A DNA stretch of 64,000 bases from a virus (lineage: Duplodnaviria; Heunggongvirae; Uroviricota; Caudoviricetes). The DNA lies in IMG/VR virus record IMGVR_UViG_3300021255_000114, positions 32,001 through 96,000 of that record, one strand, 5' to 3'. This document shows, piece after piece, positions 27,201-36,481 of this stretch. Below the pieces are notes generated by a model. The model saw nothing but the letters and a program-made list of their open reading frames with translations, was not told the origin of the DNA and searched no databases. How positions within the stretch are numbered: the stretch's first letter is position 1; the number at the start of each line of letters is the position of its first letter. The translations under genes were made by a program, and so were the position numbers.

Positions 27201-27680
27201 CGTTGTACATTTCTTAACCAGTGTACCCGTCAGGGTAATACGGTGGGTGTTTCGGATGGAGATAGACTGTCTGCAAGTAATATGGCGTTCGGCAGGCCAC
27301 CATTTTGTGTATTAAGACTTGGTGATTTCTATAATCAGTTAATTGTCATTGATAATGTTAACATACAGTATGATACCTCAGGCGGTGTTGTTTGGGATTT
27401 AAATGATGAAGGTGTCGGCGTTCAACCGATGTTGGCTCAGGTATCCTTGAATTTTACATTCATTGGTGGTGGAAGCCTCGACGGTCCGGTACGCAGGTTG
27501 CAGAATGCAATGGCATTCAACTATTATGCCAATGCCGAACTTTATGACAACCGCGCAGATAGGGCTGTTTATGATTATGATATAAACTTAACTATGGGAG
27601 GTGCAGGAAAAGGGCAAATGAATTTAGATGAGTCAAAGTTCCACAGTGTTGAAATGTATAACCCGGAAAAATTAAATTAA
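24213..27680 (+). CDS. Baseplate tail-tube initiator (gp48/54-like) with an inserted OmpA-like domain
   Basis: WFPPYGLTFNETSQAQWNANTFIGRGEDVYTYVNTKRTGTLQF and PPFCVLRLGDFY...YD...WDLN...QPMLAQVSLNFTFIGG (tube-like fold). FHGYSNSHG...NRILADGRAQTIKTWL...R is OmpA_C-like. Confidence 0.65.
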   Translation: MPTVNELTNITNGVIDSTGNTIINAFNTMSDALNAGGDFVTFGSNDRRQGYLGLILGPIYDAVWQNLSVIITTMLGMEIGDYCNFNDRMYGYMTRLMLINLWEHNTTLAMLCESGSNQANANSQTITHEAQIPPYTRGNNYLENVRGIIAGESVGEHSTTMDIPEGPYYKTINRFPDDNNQRADDFTNGDVWSLSDPNSILTKTKCLFRQRKIKSLISRFGTNADSNPKETRIPEEGNARTRFGLSHGRNLLTKDAEEGGTGYNRNGYNNPYCRVWTHHYQYDKYNKTMRPFENTHEEIRHSHFLGEKFGDFTPDTIDKFNWKAGSARWDKTVLNGRGDGLINITPHFSGGGGNNIHSKDCMFSIENLAWKDYNPYSFEKALSWEQRGPLGGRIMWFPPYGLTFNETSQAQWNANTFIGRGEDVYTYVNTKRTGTLQFYLIVDHPSILDYVSWYEANRDKVKDTDILRYFAGCDPNNPDDTNSLLHYAQPTPLTDEGYVGNKLGEPKNAEIINAKKTPSGKEEKVEFFVYFPNNYSGIFDIGSVENGGNALGADFVIEYLLSGTNAQEEYTIDTQTNEITKSLKNFTSAKEDMTGPGYEMAGDTGITINNEAKYGIIGNKYPWRKNKGQKYIPDSNKIWRYRIDGTYSVPGTDNINKLNNIYSNTYAQTLSNSDSYKDINNEHLNCSLEKQGENYNGSIPDTAYTFTEVVQAIAELSKKEMIINFFQNNPNINNSNRVAYLKEIFSGISSNGKKTSLQHMNFHGYSNSHGSNESQNINDERNRILADGRAQTIKTWLCEAMAKYKWNETDGNLYTTPSKKVNTRNENDLEAKRYRATKCVLVFREDETVDATEVEEKDNTDTLAFYEDEGQKFGGEQVYRLAKDDGSKWVKLKNGQMAKIDENQDIKDYADEQFWLDVMNGKYADWEVNAMKYDTGPTGEDSFNNFSLFNKVRYDQEYHFFKRVQKETPLIYQNLMDKIKYFDPAFHSMTPEGFNARCTFLNQCTRQGNTVGVSDGDRLSASNMAFGRPPFCVLRLGDFYNQLIVIDNVNIQYDTSGGVVWDLNDEGVGVQPMLAQVSLNFTFIGGGSLDGPVRRLQNAMAFNYYANAELYDNRADRAVYDYDINLTMGGAGKGQMNLDESKFHSVEMYNPEKLN

Positions 27681-27699
27681 TATATAAGGAAGAATTACA

Positions 27700-28026
27700 A
27701 TGGAATATTACGACAGATATAAAAAATTCAGGGTAGATGAGACAGTAAAACAACCCATTCCATTCATTAAAATAAAAGAGAGTGGTACTGATATATATAT
27801 CCTGTTTGATAAACGCACCATGCGCCTTGATTCCTTGTCATATAAGTATTATGGTGATCCGAATTTCGCGTGGTTAATTCTGAATGCTAATCCGGATTTA
27901 CCCATGTATGAATATCTTATTGAAAACGGTTCTTCCCTGAGGATACCCTATCCATTGGACAGTGCAATACAAAGATATGAAAAGGGTATTGAGAATTATG
28001 AAACTACATCTTATAAAGAAAGGTAA
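27700..28026 (+). CDS. Baseplate wedge protein, gp53/LysM-like
   Basis: RLDSLSYKYYGDPNFAWLILNANP...LRIPYP. Confidence 0.85.
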   Translation: MEYYDRYKKFRVDETVKQPIPFIKIKESGTDIYILFDKRTMRLDSLSYKYYGDPNFAWLILNANPDLPMYEYLIENGSSLRIPYPLDSAIQRYEKGIENYETTSYKER

Positions 28027-28031
28027 AAGAA

Positions 28032-31000
28032 ATGGCAAATCCAATAGAAACATTTTCGGATAATACCACTGTTTTAAGGAAAGACGCTCAAAACAGGATT
28101 ATATTTGTTGAACCCAATGATATAAACGGACATCTTAATGGTGTTCCGATTACACCTGACTATACCGATTTTTGTATTAGTTTCGATCTTATTGTTGACG
28201 TGGTTTCACGCATGCGTGCCAACAGTGTTACTATATCGTGTGATACTCCGAAAAACCCTGACAATGATACGAGCCAGCTACAGGCAATGAAAACATATGT
28301 CATATCTTGGTCGTCTAAATATGACCCTGACGGTACACAAAAAAATAACAACCCAAACCAAGTTTCATTCATGGGTGGTGTTCGTTATGGAAAAAGGGAT
28401 TATTTAACCACTTTCTACACTGATACACACTATAATGATTTTAAAAATAAAACAATTGTTGAAGGGCTTGGCGTTGAAAGCGTTAACGTTTCTTTCGAGA
28501 GTTATTATGCACCAACGGTTAAAATCCGTTTTATAGATGTTCGGGGTGCGTCCATATTTGGAAGGGAAGAAGTGCTACATACAGACGAAGTCCTTAAAGA
28601 GGATAGTATTTGGGGATGTTTTTTCACATTTCCATATCCCAAGTATAGACTTCAAATAAAAGGTTTCTATGGACAGGCAGTCACATATCAACTGTGTTGC
28701 ACGGATTTCAGAGCAAATTTCAATTCACAAACCGGAAATTATGAAATTGATATGACATTTCTTGGTTATGATTTTGGATTACTTGCCGATATACCAATAC
28801 AATATCTTATTGCAGCACCATACTGTAATTATGGTAACACAAGGGCGCATTGGGAAAAGGAGAGTGCTTCAAATGACGCGTGGAAAATGTCAGACGGACG
28901 ACCACCAAAAACATTCTACGAAATTAAACAGAAAATAAAGGCTGCGATGGAGAAATACCGTAGCAATGATGAGCAGAATGTAACAACTGAGGAATATGAA
29001 GTAGCGATTGTAAATGAAGAGCGTAAGGCGATAATGGATAAGATGTCTCCATTAGTAAGAGACATAAGCCAATTTTATGCTAATCAAAAAATTCAGGATT
29101 ATGAAAATTTTAGAATAGATTTACAGAATAAACAGAGCGTTGCCGATTCAACCTATGTAGCCCAACAACCGGTTATAAATTTAAACACACAGGACACATC
29201 ATCACTTCCTAGTTTAGATGAGGCACTCGGAATTAAACAAGAAATCAAGGAAGAAAAACTTAATAGAGAGGCGAAAGAATTAAGTCAACTATATAAGGAA
29301 TACAAAGAAAAATGGCCTGAAACTAAATTATCTAAATTAAAAGGATTTCATTTTTTATGTTCTGAAATCGAAAATAATACCTGTAAAGGTGAAGTTGCCG
29401 ACGCTTTGCATTTGTCTATGTATATGCCGATATTTGACAAGGCTTTCCAAGAAGACTACAAAACATTAACAACGGCAGAAACGCAAACACGAACAATTAA
29501 AAATTCAGAAGAACCCGAAAAAGAAAAAATACAGGAGTTAGTTGGTTTTTTACCTAATATAGGCAACGTATTCAGAACTTTATACTGCCATCTTGAGACG
29601 TTTGTCCACATGATATATACATGTGCCGACAATATTTATTCCCAAATAAGGAACAATGAGAGAGGATATGCTAAATTGGGTGTTCCCGGTATTGAGTTTA
29701 CTGACATAAACATCGATTCGATGACGAATGATCAAATGGATCCGTTCCCTGCCATCTATACTTATCAAAAACCGAATAGTCAAGGTAACAACACCGGTCA
29801 AGACGACGCTACTGATGAAGTTCAAGTTGATTCATGGATGGGTGAACTTCCTAAAAAAAATAACAGGGCAATTTGGGAAGAAGAAGTTCTAATTGAAGAA
29901 TTATTCAAGGCCATACTTCACACAAAAATGGATTCAGATGATACACCGGCCAATTTTAATTCAACACAGTTTCCTGTACTACCAAGTGATTTGAATCATA
30001 CAACCATATCTGGTATTGGTTTGAATACAACACCAGATGACCTTGCCGGTTATTTGGCCATACGAGCGGCTTCATTATTTGGAATTAGTGGATATGCCGA
30101 TTCTGAGGCGGAAGAGGTTGGTAAAACAGAGGCTTTCAATTATTTTGAAAGTGTTGCATCCAAAACCGCCATCAAGAACAAAATTTTGGATACATTAGGA
30201 AATGGCAATAAGGCAGATGCACTATATAATATTATACTTTGTGAAGGAGATTATGCAAATGCAAATAAACCACTTACATTTGAAAAGGCAGAGAATCTTA
30301 TTAGGTTAAAAAATACAAATAAATCAAAAAGGCAACCGTTTTTTGTTATAAACAGTAATAAAAACCTGCAATATTGTTATGCTGAGGATGATGCTTCCAA
30401 TGCGTTTGTCCCGTCAAGACTTGCCAATTGGGGGGAATTGAATAGTGATATACTAACCTATCACGGAAGTGCAAATGGTAGTTATTACGCTTTTAAAACT
30501 TTAAGCGGACCAAGCAGTAATATACTATATAAGATACATTCCGACAAGTTGACTGACGTATTGGATGAAGGAGATAAAAGATTCTATGTGAATAATGAAA
30601 TATTCACTGTCTATTATGGTGGTAGTTACGGTGATGGTTCTGTAATTGCTGATAAAGTTGAGGAAATTTACAATAATATGCAAGATGGAAGTGTAAGTCT
30701 TAATGGTTACACGAAAGAATCTGACCCAAATAGATTTAAAACAATCATAAAAAACCATTGGAAAAACATTAAACTTGACCAATATCAATCTGCCTATTAT
30801 TCAAAGTTACAATCATTATACGCTCCACTTGATGAGTATGGTATTGACAAGTCAACCACGGGTATACAGAGCGATGGAACAATAAAAATAGAGAACGGAA
30901 CGACATATTCATTAATTATCAACAAAAATGCTAGTTTTAGTAATGGTAGTTTCAAAAACGGTGATAAGGAAATTTCGGAGGAACAATGCAAGCCGCTTAT

Positions 31001-33626
31001 TCCGGAATTGAGATTGTATTACAACAAAACTAATACTACGATGAACGTGTTTACAACATCTGTTTACTATTTACAAAATGACATAAAATCAATACACAAT
31101 GATAAAAATTTCACATGGTCGTCAAAAGATACAACCATAGAGGCAATGAAGGCACTCCTTTTCCTCTCATCACTTGACTATATGGCTGACACCATACCAA
31201 ATTATCTGAATAACAAAAATTCAGGTAAAATAGAAAACGTTCCTTTATCTATCATTTTATTTCATGGCGGGTTATTATGGAGGAAACGTTTTTATGATAG
31301 AAATGGTTTTGACTCAATGTTATATACCGCAAGTGATGGCACCAAAGTCATTAAAACAATGGCAAAAGACGAAATACCTCTTGTTACCGTAACAGGAACA
31401 ACGTATGCACGAGGGTTTATTAAACCTAATGATAACTATCAATATAAAAAATATTCATTTTTAACCGGAGAAGAAGAACTTGATCCGGCTATTGAAAACA
31501 AGTTAATAGAAAAATTCATTTATTTTTTAAATAATGAATGGAAAACCATTGCTGACAACTGCGAATTGAAGAAAACCGGTGGTAATCTTCTAAAATATTC
31601 TGATTTTAAGGAATTATGCATAAAATCTGGTGGCATAACCAATGACGATTTAAAGACACTCGAAAAAACGTCGTATGTTGGTAAATATTTTTATATTAAT
31701 CGTTTAAATACAGGGAAAGATAACGGCTTAGCGTCCATATTATCTGAGGATAACCAGGCATTGGATACCATCAAGGAAATTTATCTTTCAAGAATAGTTG
31801 TTCAAAGAACTGTTTCATCTTTTACCAACAAGAATGGCTCAATCGCAATAGAACCTAACACACTAAAGAAATACTTAAACGGGTTTGTAAAACAAATTGA
31901 AGAAATTTGCGGTAGTGAAACCGTAAACACATTGAGTAAGAATCCTGAAATTGAAGACAATGAACAGGATAGGGACATTAAACGCTTAATTTATATGTAT
32001 ATTAAGAATATGTGGGATCGTTGGTTCTCTGGTAATAGTGAAAAAACATTTAGTGTTAAGAACTATATGGCAAACACCATATTCATCGATTCCATGTATA
32101 GGAATGTATATGAGCATATCCATATCAATTGCGAGATATTAGAATCTTTGCTTGATGAAACGGACGGCAAGGCAATGGCCTTTAAATTCCTTTCCGATTT
32201 AACAACGAAGCATCATTGTATGTATTTTGCCATGCCCGATTACATTAATCTTGGTGAGCCTAACAGGGATAAAGCGGAAGAAGCCTTATTAACATTGTTC
32301 AATCCAATACCATACAGTAAGATAAATAAAATACAGACTTTTAATCGGTACATTGTGATGTTCACACATAAGCCATCTGAAATAAATGAAAACACCAACA
32401 GTTACAAATATGATAGTTTTGATATATACAGTCACGATGAAAACAAAACCAATATATTACCAACATTTGCGAAACCATGTATAACAGGTGAAAACCTCTC
32501 AGAGCATGACTTACAGTGCACAAGGTATGGATATAATGTACCGGCATTCGGTGTTGAGTTTGGAAGGCAAAATAATGCCATATTCAAAAAAATAAATGTT
32601 GGAATGCAGAACCCCATTCAGACAGAACAGGCGATTAATGCATTGAGTCTCATTGCGAATCGTGGTAGGGGAGCTGGTGAACGTACCATATTCTATGGAC
32701 AGGATTTATATAGTGTATATTCAGGATATTCATATACAGCTACCATTGAAATGATGGGCAATGCACAGATAATGCCGCTCATGTATTTTCAATTATTCAA
32801 TGTACCGATGTTCCGTGGGGCATACATGATATACAGTGTAACACATACAATGCGTCCCGGTGATATGACAACCACAGTGAAGGCAATGAAAATGTCAAAA
32901 CGCACGTTACCGTGGTGTCAGGAATGGTTCGCTCATTACTATTTTGATTCCGAAGGTAATATCATTGACAAGGAGTATGATGATGAATGCGGAAAATTGC
33001 CAGAAGGTATGTGTAAAGGCCGTTTGGCATCTGAACAAAAACTAAAACCATATGAAATAACAAACAATTTTGCAGGCACATTAGCCAAACAGGTTGGTAA
33101 AAATCGTTTTCATAGTAGGGAACCGGAAATGTTAAGAGAAATAAACAATAATGTTGTTGCATTTCAAGTGAGACTTAAATCAACAGAAAAAGATGGTAAT
33201 GGCCAAAACAAAACGATGACAAAATGGATAGTTGTGCATAGACTATTAGAGAGTAGTGTTAGGCAAATTTTTGAAGAAATATACGTCAATACGGATTACA
33301 AATTTAACCCTGGACAATTTTACGGTGAATATGGCAAATTAGGAGAGAAAAAATTTCCTGAAATTCCAAAAGGTGAAAAAATTATCGGTTCTTATGAGTA
33401 TCGTGAGACAAAAAGAGGGAGTCTAAGTAATCATGCTTTTGCTTGTGCAATTGATATAAACCCAGGATACAATCCAATGATAGGGTGTTTAGACCAGTAC
33501 ACAGACGACGATTTGCACATAAGAACCAAAAAACACCCTGTGGTTCAAATATTCGCAAACCATGGATGGGGATGGGGTGGAAGTTACGGTGATTTCATGC
33601 ATTTTAGCCCATTTAACGGCTCATAA
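28032..33626 (+). CDS. Baseplate hub (gp27/VgrG-like) giant protein with a C-terminal M15 peptidase
   Basis: N-terminal LGVESVNV...PTVKIRFIDVRG...FFTFPYP; late YTATIEMMGNAQIMPLMYFQLFNVPMFRGAYMIYSVTH; C-terminal R...SNHAFACAIDINP...FANHGWGWGG...DFMHF (M15 Zn-peptidase SxHxxxxAxD...H). Confidence 0.75.
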   Translation: MANPIETFSDNTTVLRKDAQNRIIFVEPNDINGHLNGVPITPDYTDFCISFDLIVDVVSRMRANSVTISCDTPKNPDNDTSQLQAMKTYVISWSSKYDPDGTQKNNNPNQVSFMGGVRYGKRDYLTTFYTDTHYNDFKNKTIVEGLGVESVNVSFESYYAPTVKIRFIDVRGASIFGREEVLHTDEVLKEDSIWGCFFTFPYPKYRLQIKGFYGQAVTYQLCCTDFRANFNSQTGNYEIDMTFLGYDFGLLADIPIQYLIAAPYCNYGNTRAHWEKESASNDAWKMSDGRPPKTFYEIKQKIKAAMEKYRSNDEQNVTTEEYEVAIVNEERKAIMDKMSPLVRDISQFYANQKIQDYENFRIDLQNKQSVADSTYVAQQPVINLNTQDTSSLPSLDEALGIKQEIKEEKLNREAKELSQLYKEYKEKWPETKLSKLKGFHFLCSEIENNTCKGEVADALHLSMYMPIFDKAFQEDYKTLTTAETQTRTIKNSEEPEKEKIQELVGFLPNIGNVFRTLYCHLETFVHMIYTCADNIYSQIRNNERGYAKLGVPGIEFTDINIDSMTNDQMDPFPAIYTYQKPNSQGNNTGQDDATDEVQVDSWMGELPKKNNRAIWEEEVLIEELFKAILHTKMDSDDTPANFNSTQFPVLPSDLNHTTISGIGLNTTPDDLAGYLAIRAASLFGISGYADSEAEEVGKTEAFNYFESVASKTAIKNKILDTLGNGNKADALYNIILCEGDYANANKPLTFEKAENLIRLKNTNKSKRQPFFVINSNKNLQYCYAEDDASNAFVPSRLANWGELNSDILTYHGSANGSYYAFKTLSGPSSNILYKIHSDKLTDVLDEGDKRFYVNNEIFTVYYGGSYGDGSVIADKVEEIYNNMQDGSVSLNGYTKESDPNRFKTIIKNHWKNIKLDQYQSAYYSKLQSLYAPLDEYGIDKSTTGIQSDGTIKIENGTTYSLIINKNASFSNGSFKNGDKEISEEQCKPLIPELRLYYNKTNTTMNVFTTSVYYLQNDIKSIHNDKNFTWSSKDTTIEAMKALLFLSSLDYMADTIPNYLNNKNSGKIENVPLSIILFHGGLLWRKRFYDRNGFDSMLYTASDGTKVIKTMAKDEIPLVTVTGTTYARGFIKPNDNYQYKKYSFLTGEEELDPAIENKLIEKFIYFLNNEWKTIADNCELKKTGGNLLKYSDFKELCIKSGGITNDDLKTLEKTSYVGKYFYINRLNTGKDNGLASILSEDNQALDTIKEIYLSRIVVQRTVSSFTNKNGSIAIEPNTLKKYLNGFVKQIEEICGSETVNTLSKNPEIEDNEQDRDIKRLIYMYIKNMWDRWFSGNSEKTFSVKNYMANTIFIDSMYRNVYEHIHINCEILESLLDETDGKAMAFKFLSDLTTKHHCMYFAMPDYINLGEPNRDKAEEALLTLFNPIPYSKINKIQTFNRYIVMFTHKPSEINENTNSYKYDSFDIYSHDENKTNILPTFAKPCITGENLSEHDLQCTRYGYNVPAFGVEFGRQNNAIFKKINVGMQNPIQTEQAINALSLIANRGRGAGERTIFYGQDLYSVYSGYSYTATIEMMGNAQIMPLMYFQLFNVPMFRGAYMIYSVTHTMRPGDMTTTVKAMKMSKRTLPWCQEWFAHYYFDSEGNIIDKEYDDECGKLPEGMCKGRLASEQKLKPYEITNNFAGTLAKQVGKNRFHSREPEMLREINNNVVAFQVRLKSTEKDGNGQNKTMTKWIVVHRLLESSVRQIFEEIYVNTDYKFNPGQFYGEYGKLGEKKFPEIPKGEKIIGSYEYRETKRGSLSNHAFACAIDINPGYNPMIGCLDQYTDDDLHIRTKKHPVVQIFANHGWGWGGSYGDFMHFSPFNGS

Positions 33627-33655
33627 AATAAAATTAAAAAACGATTTGATAAAGC

Positions 33656-34192
33656 ATGTCTTGTGAAAGTAATACAGGAAACGTCACATATAAAACCATT
33701 CCAATAGGAGAAAAGGAGAGGTGGAATAATGCTATGACTATAATGAAAAAATTACTTGAAAGTAATTTAGGTTTAAAAGATTTTCAGGCAGCTGCTATTA
33801 CGGGTAATATGTATGCCGAAAGTAGGTGGAATCCAACTTCGTATGTAGCAAGTGATGCCGGCCAGGGTCAATCAGGTGGTTTATGTCAGTGGCATGATGC
33901 AGTTAATGGTAATGGTAGGTTTACAAACTTACTGAATAACGCTAAAACCATGAATAAGACGTGGCAAGACATAGAAGTACAATTAGCATATTTAGTTTCT
34001 GAACTAGATGGAACTGGTCAACATAGTGAGAAAGGGGCGTTGGTTGATTTAAAAAATACAAGTAATATTGAAAATGCAACGGTTTCCTTTTGCACTAAAT
34101 TTGAACGTCCAAAAAATGCCCAAGCAAAGGGACGCGAACGAATAACATATTCAAAGCAGGTTTTGGAAAAATGGAATGCACAAAATAGTTAA
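33656..34192 (+). CDS. Phage tail lysozyme (Phage_lysozyme2-like)
   Basis: AAAITGNMYAESRWNP...GLCQW...R...L...QLAYLVSEL...FERP. Confidence 0.85.
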   Translation: MSCESNTGNVTYKTIPIGEKERWNNAMTIMKKLLESNLGLKDFQAAAITGNMYAESRWNPTSYVASDAGQGQSGGLCQWHDAVNGNGRFTNLLNNAKTMNKTWQDIEVQLAYLVSELDGTGQHSEKGALVDLKNTSNIENATVSFCTKFERPKNAQAKGRERITYSKQVLEKWNAQNS

Positions 34193-34229
34193 AAATTGGT
34201 ATATTTATACCAAACAAATATGAAAACAG

Positions 34230-34847
34230 ATGCAAACAAAATACATTGGAAATATAATAACGGGATACAGCAAGGATAAATTCCCAAGTTTCTTTAACAT
34301 CACAAAAAAATATGGAGACAGGCTACCCAACATACCAACCATTATAGTGGGACTTGAGGAAGCAAGGGCAAATATCCAAGATTTCCTTATCATCAAGAAG
34401 CAGTATGGTGACATATGGTGGACATACAAAAAAACTGAACGTAAATATGAATTCGATAAAGATATCGAGGAATTCTATGATTTTTGTTTCAGAAAGTTCC
34501 TATCTGATGTAAAATATTTCTATTTAAACCTGCCAAAGTATAGATACAATGATGTGAAACGAATATATGGTTGGTTGAAATCAAATGAATTGAAACTGTG
34601 TTTTCTTACAAGGGATTCAAATTTCATATTCATTTATGATATTGGTAAGAATACTGTTTTTGGATTATCTTTGACACTTTGTGAATATATTGGTGTTGAA
34701 CGCAAGAAAGTTGTTAGATTAATAAAAACAAACAGGAATAACAGATTTGTATATGATACCGGCTTCATATCATCGGATGTAAGGAATATAATAACCAACA
34801 ACACACACTATATTCTCCCGTTAGCAAGTGTTTTAGCCGGAGCGTGA
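34230..34847 (+). CDS. Hypothetical protein
   Basis: 205-aa ORF with TATTTATA at 34202-34209. Confidence 0.75.
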   Translation: MQTKYIGNIITGYSKDKFPSFFNITKKYGDRLPNIPTIIVGLEEARANIQDFLIIKKQYGDIWWTYKKTERKYEFDKDIEEFYDFCFRKFLSDVKYFYLNLPKYRYNDVKRIYGWLKSNELKLCFLTRDSNFIFIYDIGKNTVFGLSLTLCEYIGVERKKVVRLIKTNRNNRFVYDTGFISSDVRNIITNNTHYILPLASVLAGA

Positions 34848-34855
34848 TATTTATA
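34848..34855 (+). promoter_or_regulatory. Putative late promoter TATTTATA
   Basis: Exact octamer upstream of 34884. Confidence 0.5.
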
Positions 34856-34883
34856 AGAATAATACTGCTAATGTAAAACAATC

Positions 34884-35294
34884 ATGTTTAAAAAAAGAAA
34901 TAGGCAAATACATAATAAAGTTATTAGACAAAGGAAGGCACAACCGGTAGTAATCGAGAGAATCGAGAATAAACCTGATGTTCTCAGTACTATAAAGAAA
35001 CTTGATGAGGTAAGGGCTGTGATTAATCCTATTGTCATCGCTCCGCTTGATGTGACGCCTGAGGTCATTGCACCAAAACCAATCGAAACAAAAAGCATAA
35101 TGGAAAGATACGAGGGGAAAACGGTTGATATGGAAAATTATGGTGGTAAAGGAAGAACCGGTGCGGATGAGAGTTCCGGTGTGATATATGCCCCGTACGA
35201 ACTTCCGGAAACGGTGGAGATTGTTGAAGAGGAGCCGAAACCCAAGAAAACGAAGAAGAAAGCGCCTAAAAAGGAAGAAAATAACGAAGAATAA
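34884..35294 (+). CDS. Hypothetical protein containing a gp23-like GVIYAPY motif
   Basis: 136 aa with charged termini. Confidence 0.65.
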   Translation: MFKKRNRQIHNKVIRQRKAQPVVIERIENKPDVLSTIKKLDEVRAVINPIVIAPLDVTPEVIAPKPIETKSIMERYEGKTVDMENYGGKGRTGADESSGVIYAPYELPETVEIVEEEPKPKKTKKKAPKKEENNEE

Positions 35295-35319
35295 GTTTAC
35301 ATAAAACCATATACATACA

Positions 35320-35481
35320 ATGGACGAGAAACTTTTAAAAGCACAAGAGATACTTGGAATGGAAGGCCAAATTCCTGAACCCAAAGTAAAATATGAACGC
35401 AAGGAACGTGGTCTCTATGAACGTGCTTCCAAGGATACCATCCTTATTACAGAAGATAATAAAGTAATGCTGAATGACTAA
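35320..35481 (+). CDS. Small hypothetical protein (53 aa, absent from the ORF track)
   Basis: MDEKLLKAQEILGMEGQIPEPKVKYERKERGLYERASKDTILITEDNKVMLND; fills the gap, with its stop 2 nt before the next ATG. Confidence 0.7.
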   Translation: MDEKLLKAQEILGMEGQIPEPKVKYERKERGLYERASKDTILITEDNKVMLND

Positions 35482-35483
35482 AA

Positions 35484-36308
35484 ATGGCCGTAGATAAGAA
35501 ATACTTAAAGGAATCGAACCTTATGAACGTATACAAACGTATGCGTCAAATAAATGAGTATGTGATAACCAACGGAAACACATTTGAGGCAGACAATATG
35601 CAGCAAGACCCGGATTCCGATCCTACTGACGCAAATATGGGTGGTAATGCAAACACAGCACCCGATATGCAAGCACCGGCCGGTAATATGAATGCTGTCC
35701 CTCAAGACACTAATCTTCCCGCCGACCCAAATATGGGGGATGATATGAATGGTGATATGGCTCCGGCAGAGCCCGACCCAACAATTGGTGCCGAAGCACC
35801 TGAAACACCCGAAAACATTGAAGAACCGGTTGAAGATGTCGATATGGAGGGTGACGAAACAGATATGGCCCATCCTGATGACGAAGTAATTGACATAGAT
35901 GATTTGACCAATTCTCAAGAAGCTTCAGAATATAAAATCGACGGAGTTGACGATAAACTTACGAAATTACTCACGATTGCAAGCAAATTTGCTAAGGCTA
36001 TTGAAGATAACGACAATAAAATCAATGACCTTAAGGCTGAAGTCGAGAGGCGTAACCCGACCGATATTGAACGCATCAATATTCGTTCACAGAACAGTCA
36101 GCCGTTTAGTGTGAACCCGGGGGAATATTGGAATGGTGTGCGTGCAAAGAATCCGAACTATCAAGTCGTGTCAGATAACGAGGTTTCCCCAAACGAGGAA
36201 GACAAACTCTATACAATCACCAATGACGACATTAAAGATTTTAATACAAGGGAGGTTGAGAAGAGCTTTTCGGATTTTCCAAAAGATCTGATGGACTATT
36301 TTAAATAA
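35484..36308 (+). CDS. Acidic hypothetical protein, possibly head scaffold/internal
   Basis: LKE...INEY leader, D/P/M-rich disordered middle and a coiled coil. Confidence 0.7.
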   Translation: MAVDKKYLKESNLMNVYKRMRQINEYVITNGNTFEADNMQQDPDSDPTDANMGGNANTAPDMQAPAGNMNAVPQDTNLPADPNMGDDMNGDMAPAEPDPTIGAEAPETPENIEEPVEDVDMEGDETDMAHPDDEVIDIDDLTNSQEASEYKIDGVDDKLTKLLTIASKFAKAIEDNDNKINDLKAEVERRNPTDIERINIRSQNSQPFSVNPGEYWNGVRAKNPNYQVVSDNEVSPNEEDKLYTITNDDIKDFNTREVEKSFSDFPKDLMDYFK

Positions 36309-36339
36309 ATAACGAAATGGACAAAACAAAATGCAAAAG

Positions 36340-36368
36340 AAGCGAACTGAAAAAATGTTCGCTTTTTT
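36340..36368 (+). terminator. Rho-independent terminator
   Basis: AAGCGAAC-loop-GTTCGCTT-TTTT. Confidence 0.75.
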
Positions 36369-36420
36369 GTTAAAAAAATCAAAAAAAAGTAGTATATTTA
36401 GCAAAAGCAAACTATTTATA
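36366..36420 (+). promoter_or_regulatory. Tandem promoters upstream of the SSB gene (TTTG-N23-TATATTTA and TATTTATA)
   Basis: AAGTAGTATATTTA ends at 36400; TATTTATA at 36413-36420. Confidence 0.45.
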
Positions 36421-36481
36421 GAAATACGAAACAATTGCAAAATTTAGTTGAAAAAATAATATATTAACACATTTTATAATA

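Noticed and set aside
6682-34192. Bacterial extracellular contractile injection system or tailocin
   Set aside because: The tail genes are interleaved with phage-type SSB, UvsX, helicase, exonuclease and neck genes, and no host housekeeping context is present.
34851-35402. 183-aa minus-strand hydrophobic ORF, and similar antisense ORFs such as 11529-12209 and 36464-37174
   Set aside because: These are shadows of well-supported plus-strand genes. The hydrophobicity comes from the reverse complement of Lys/Glu codons.
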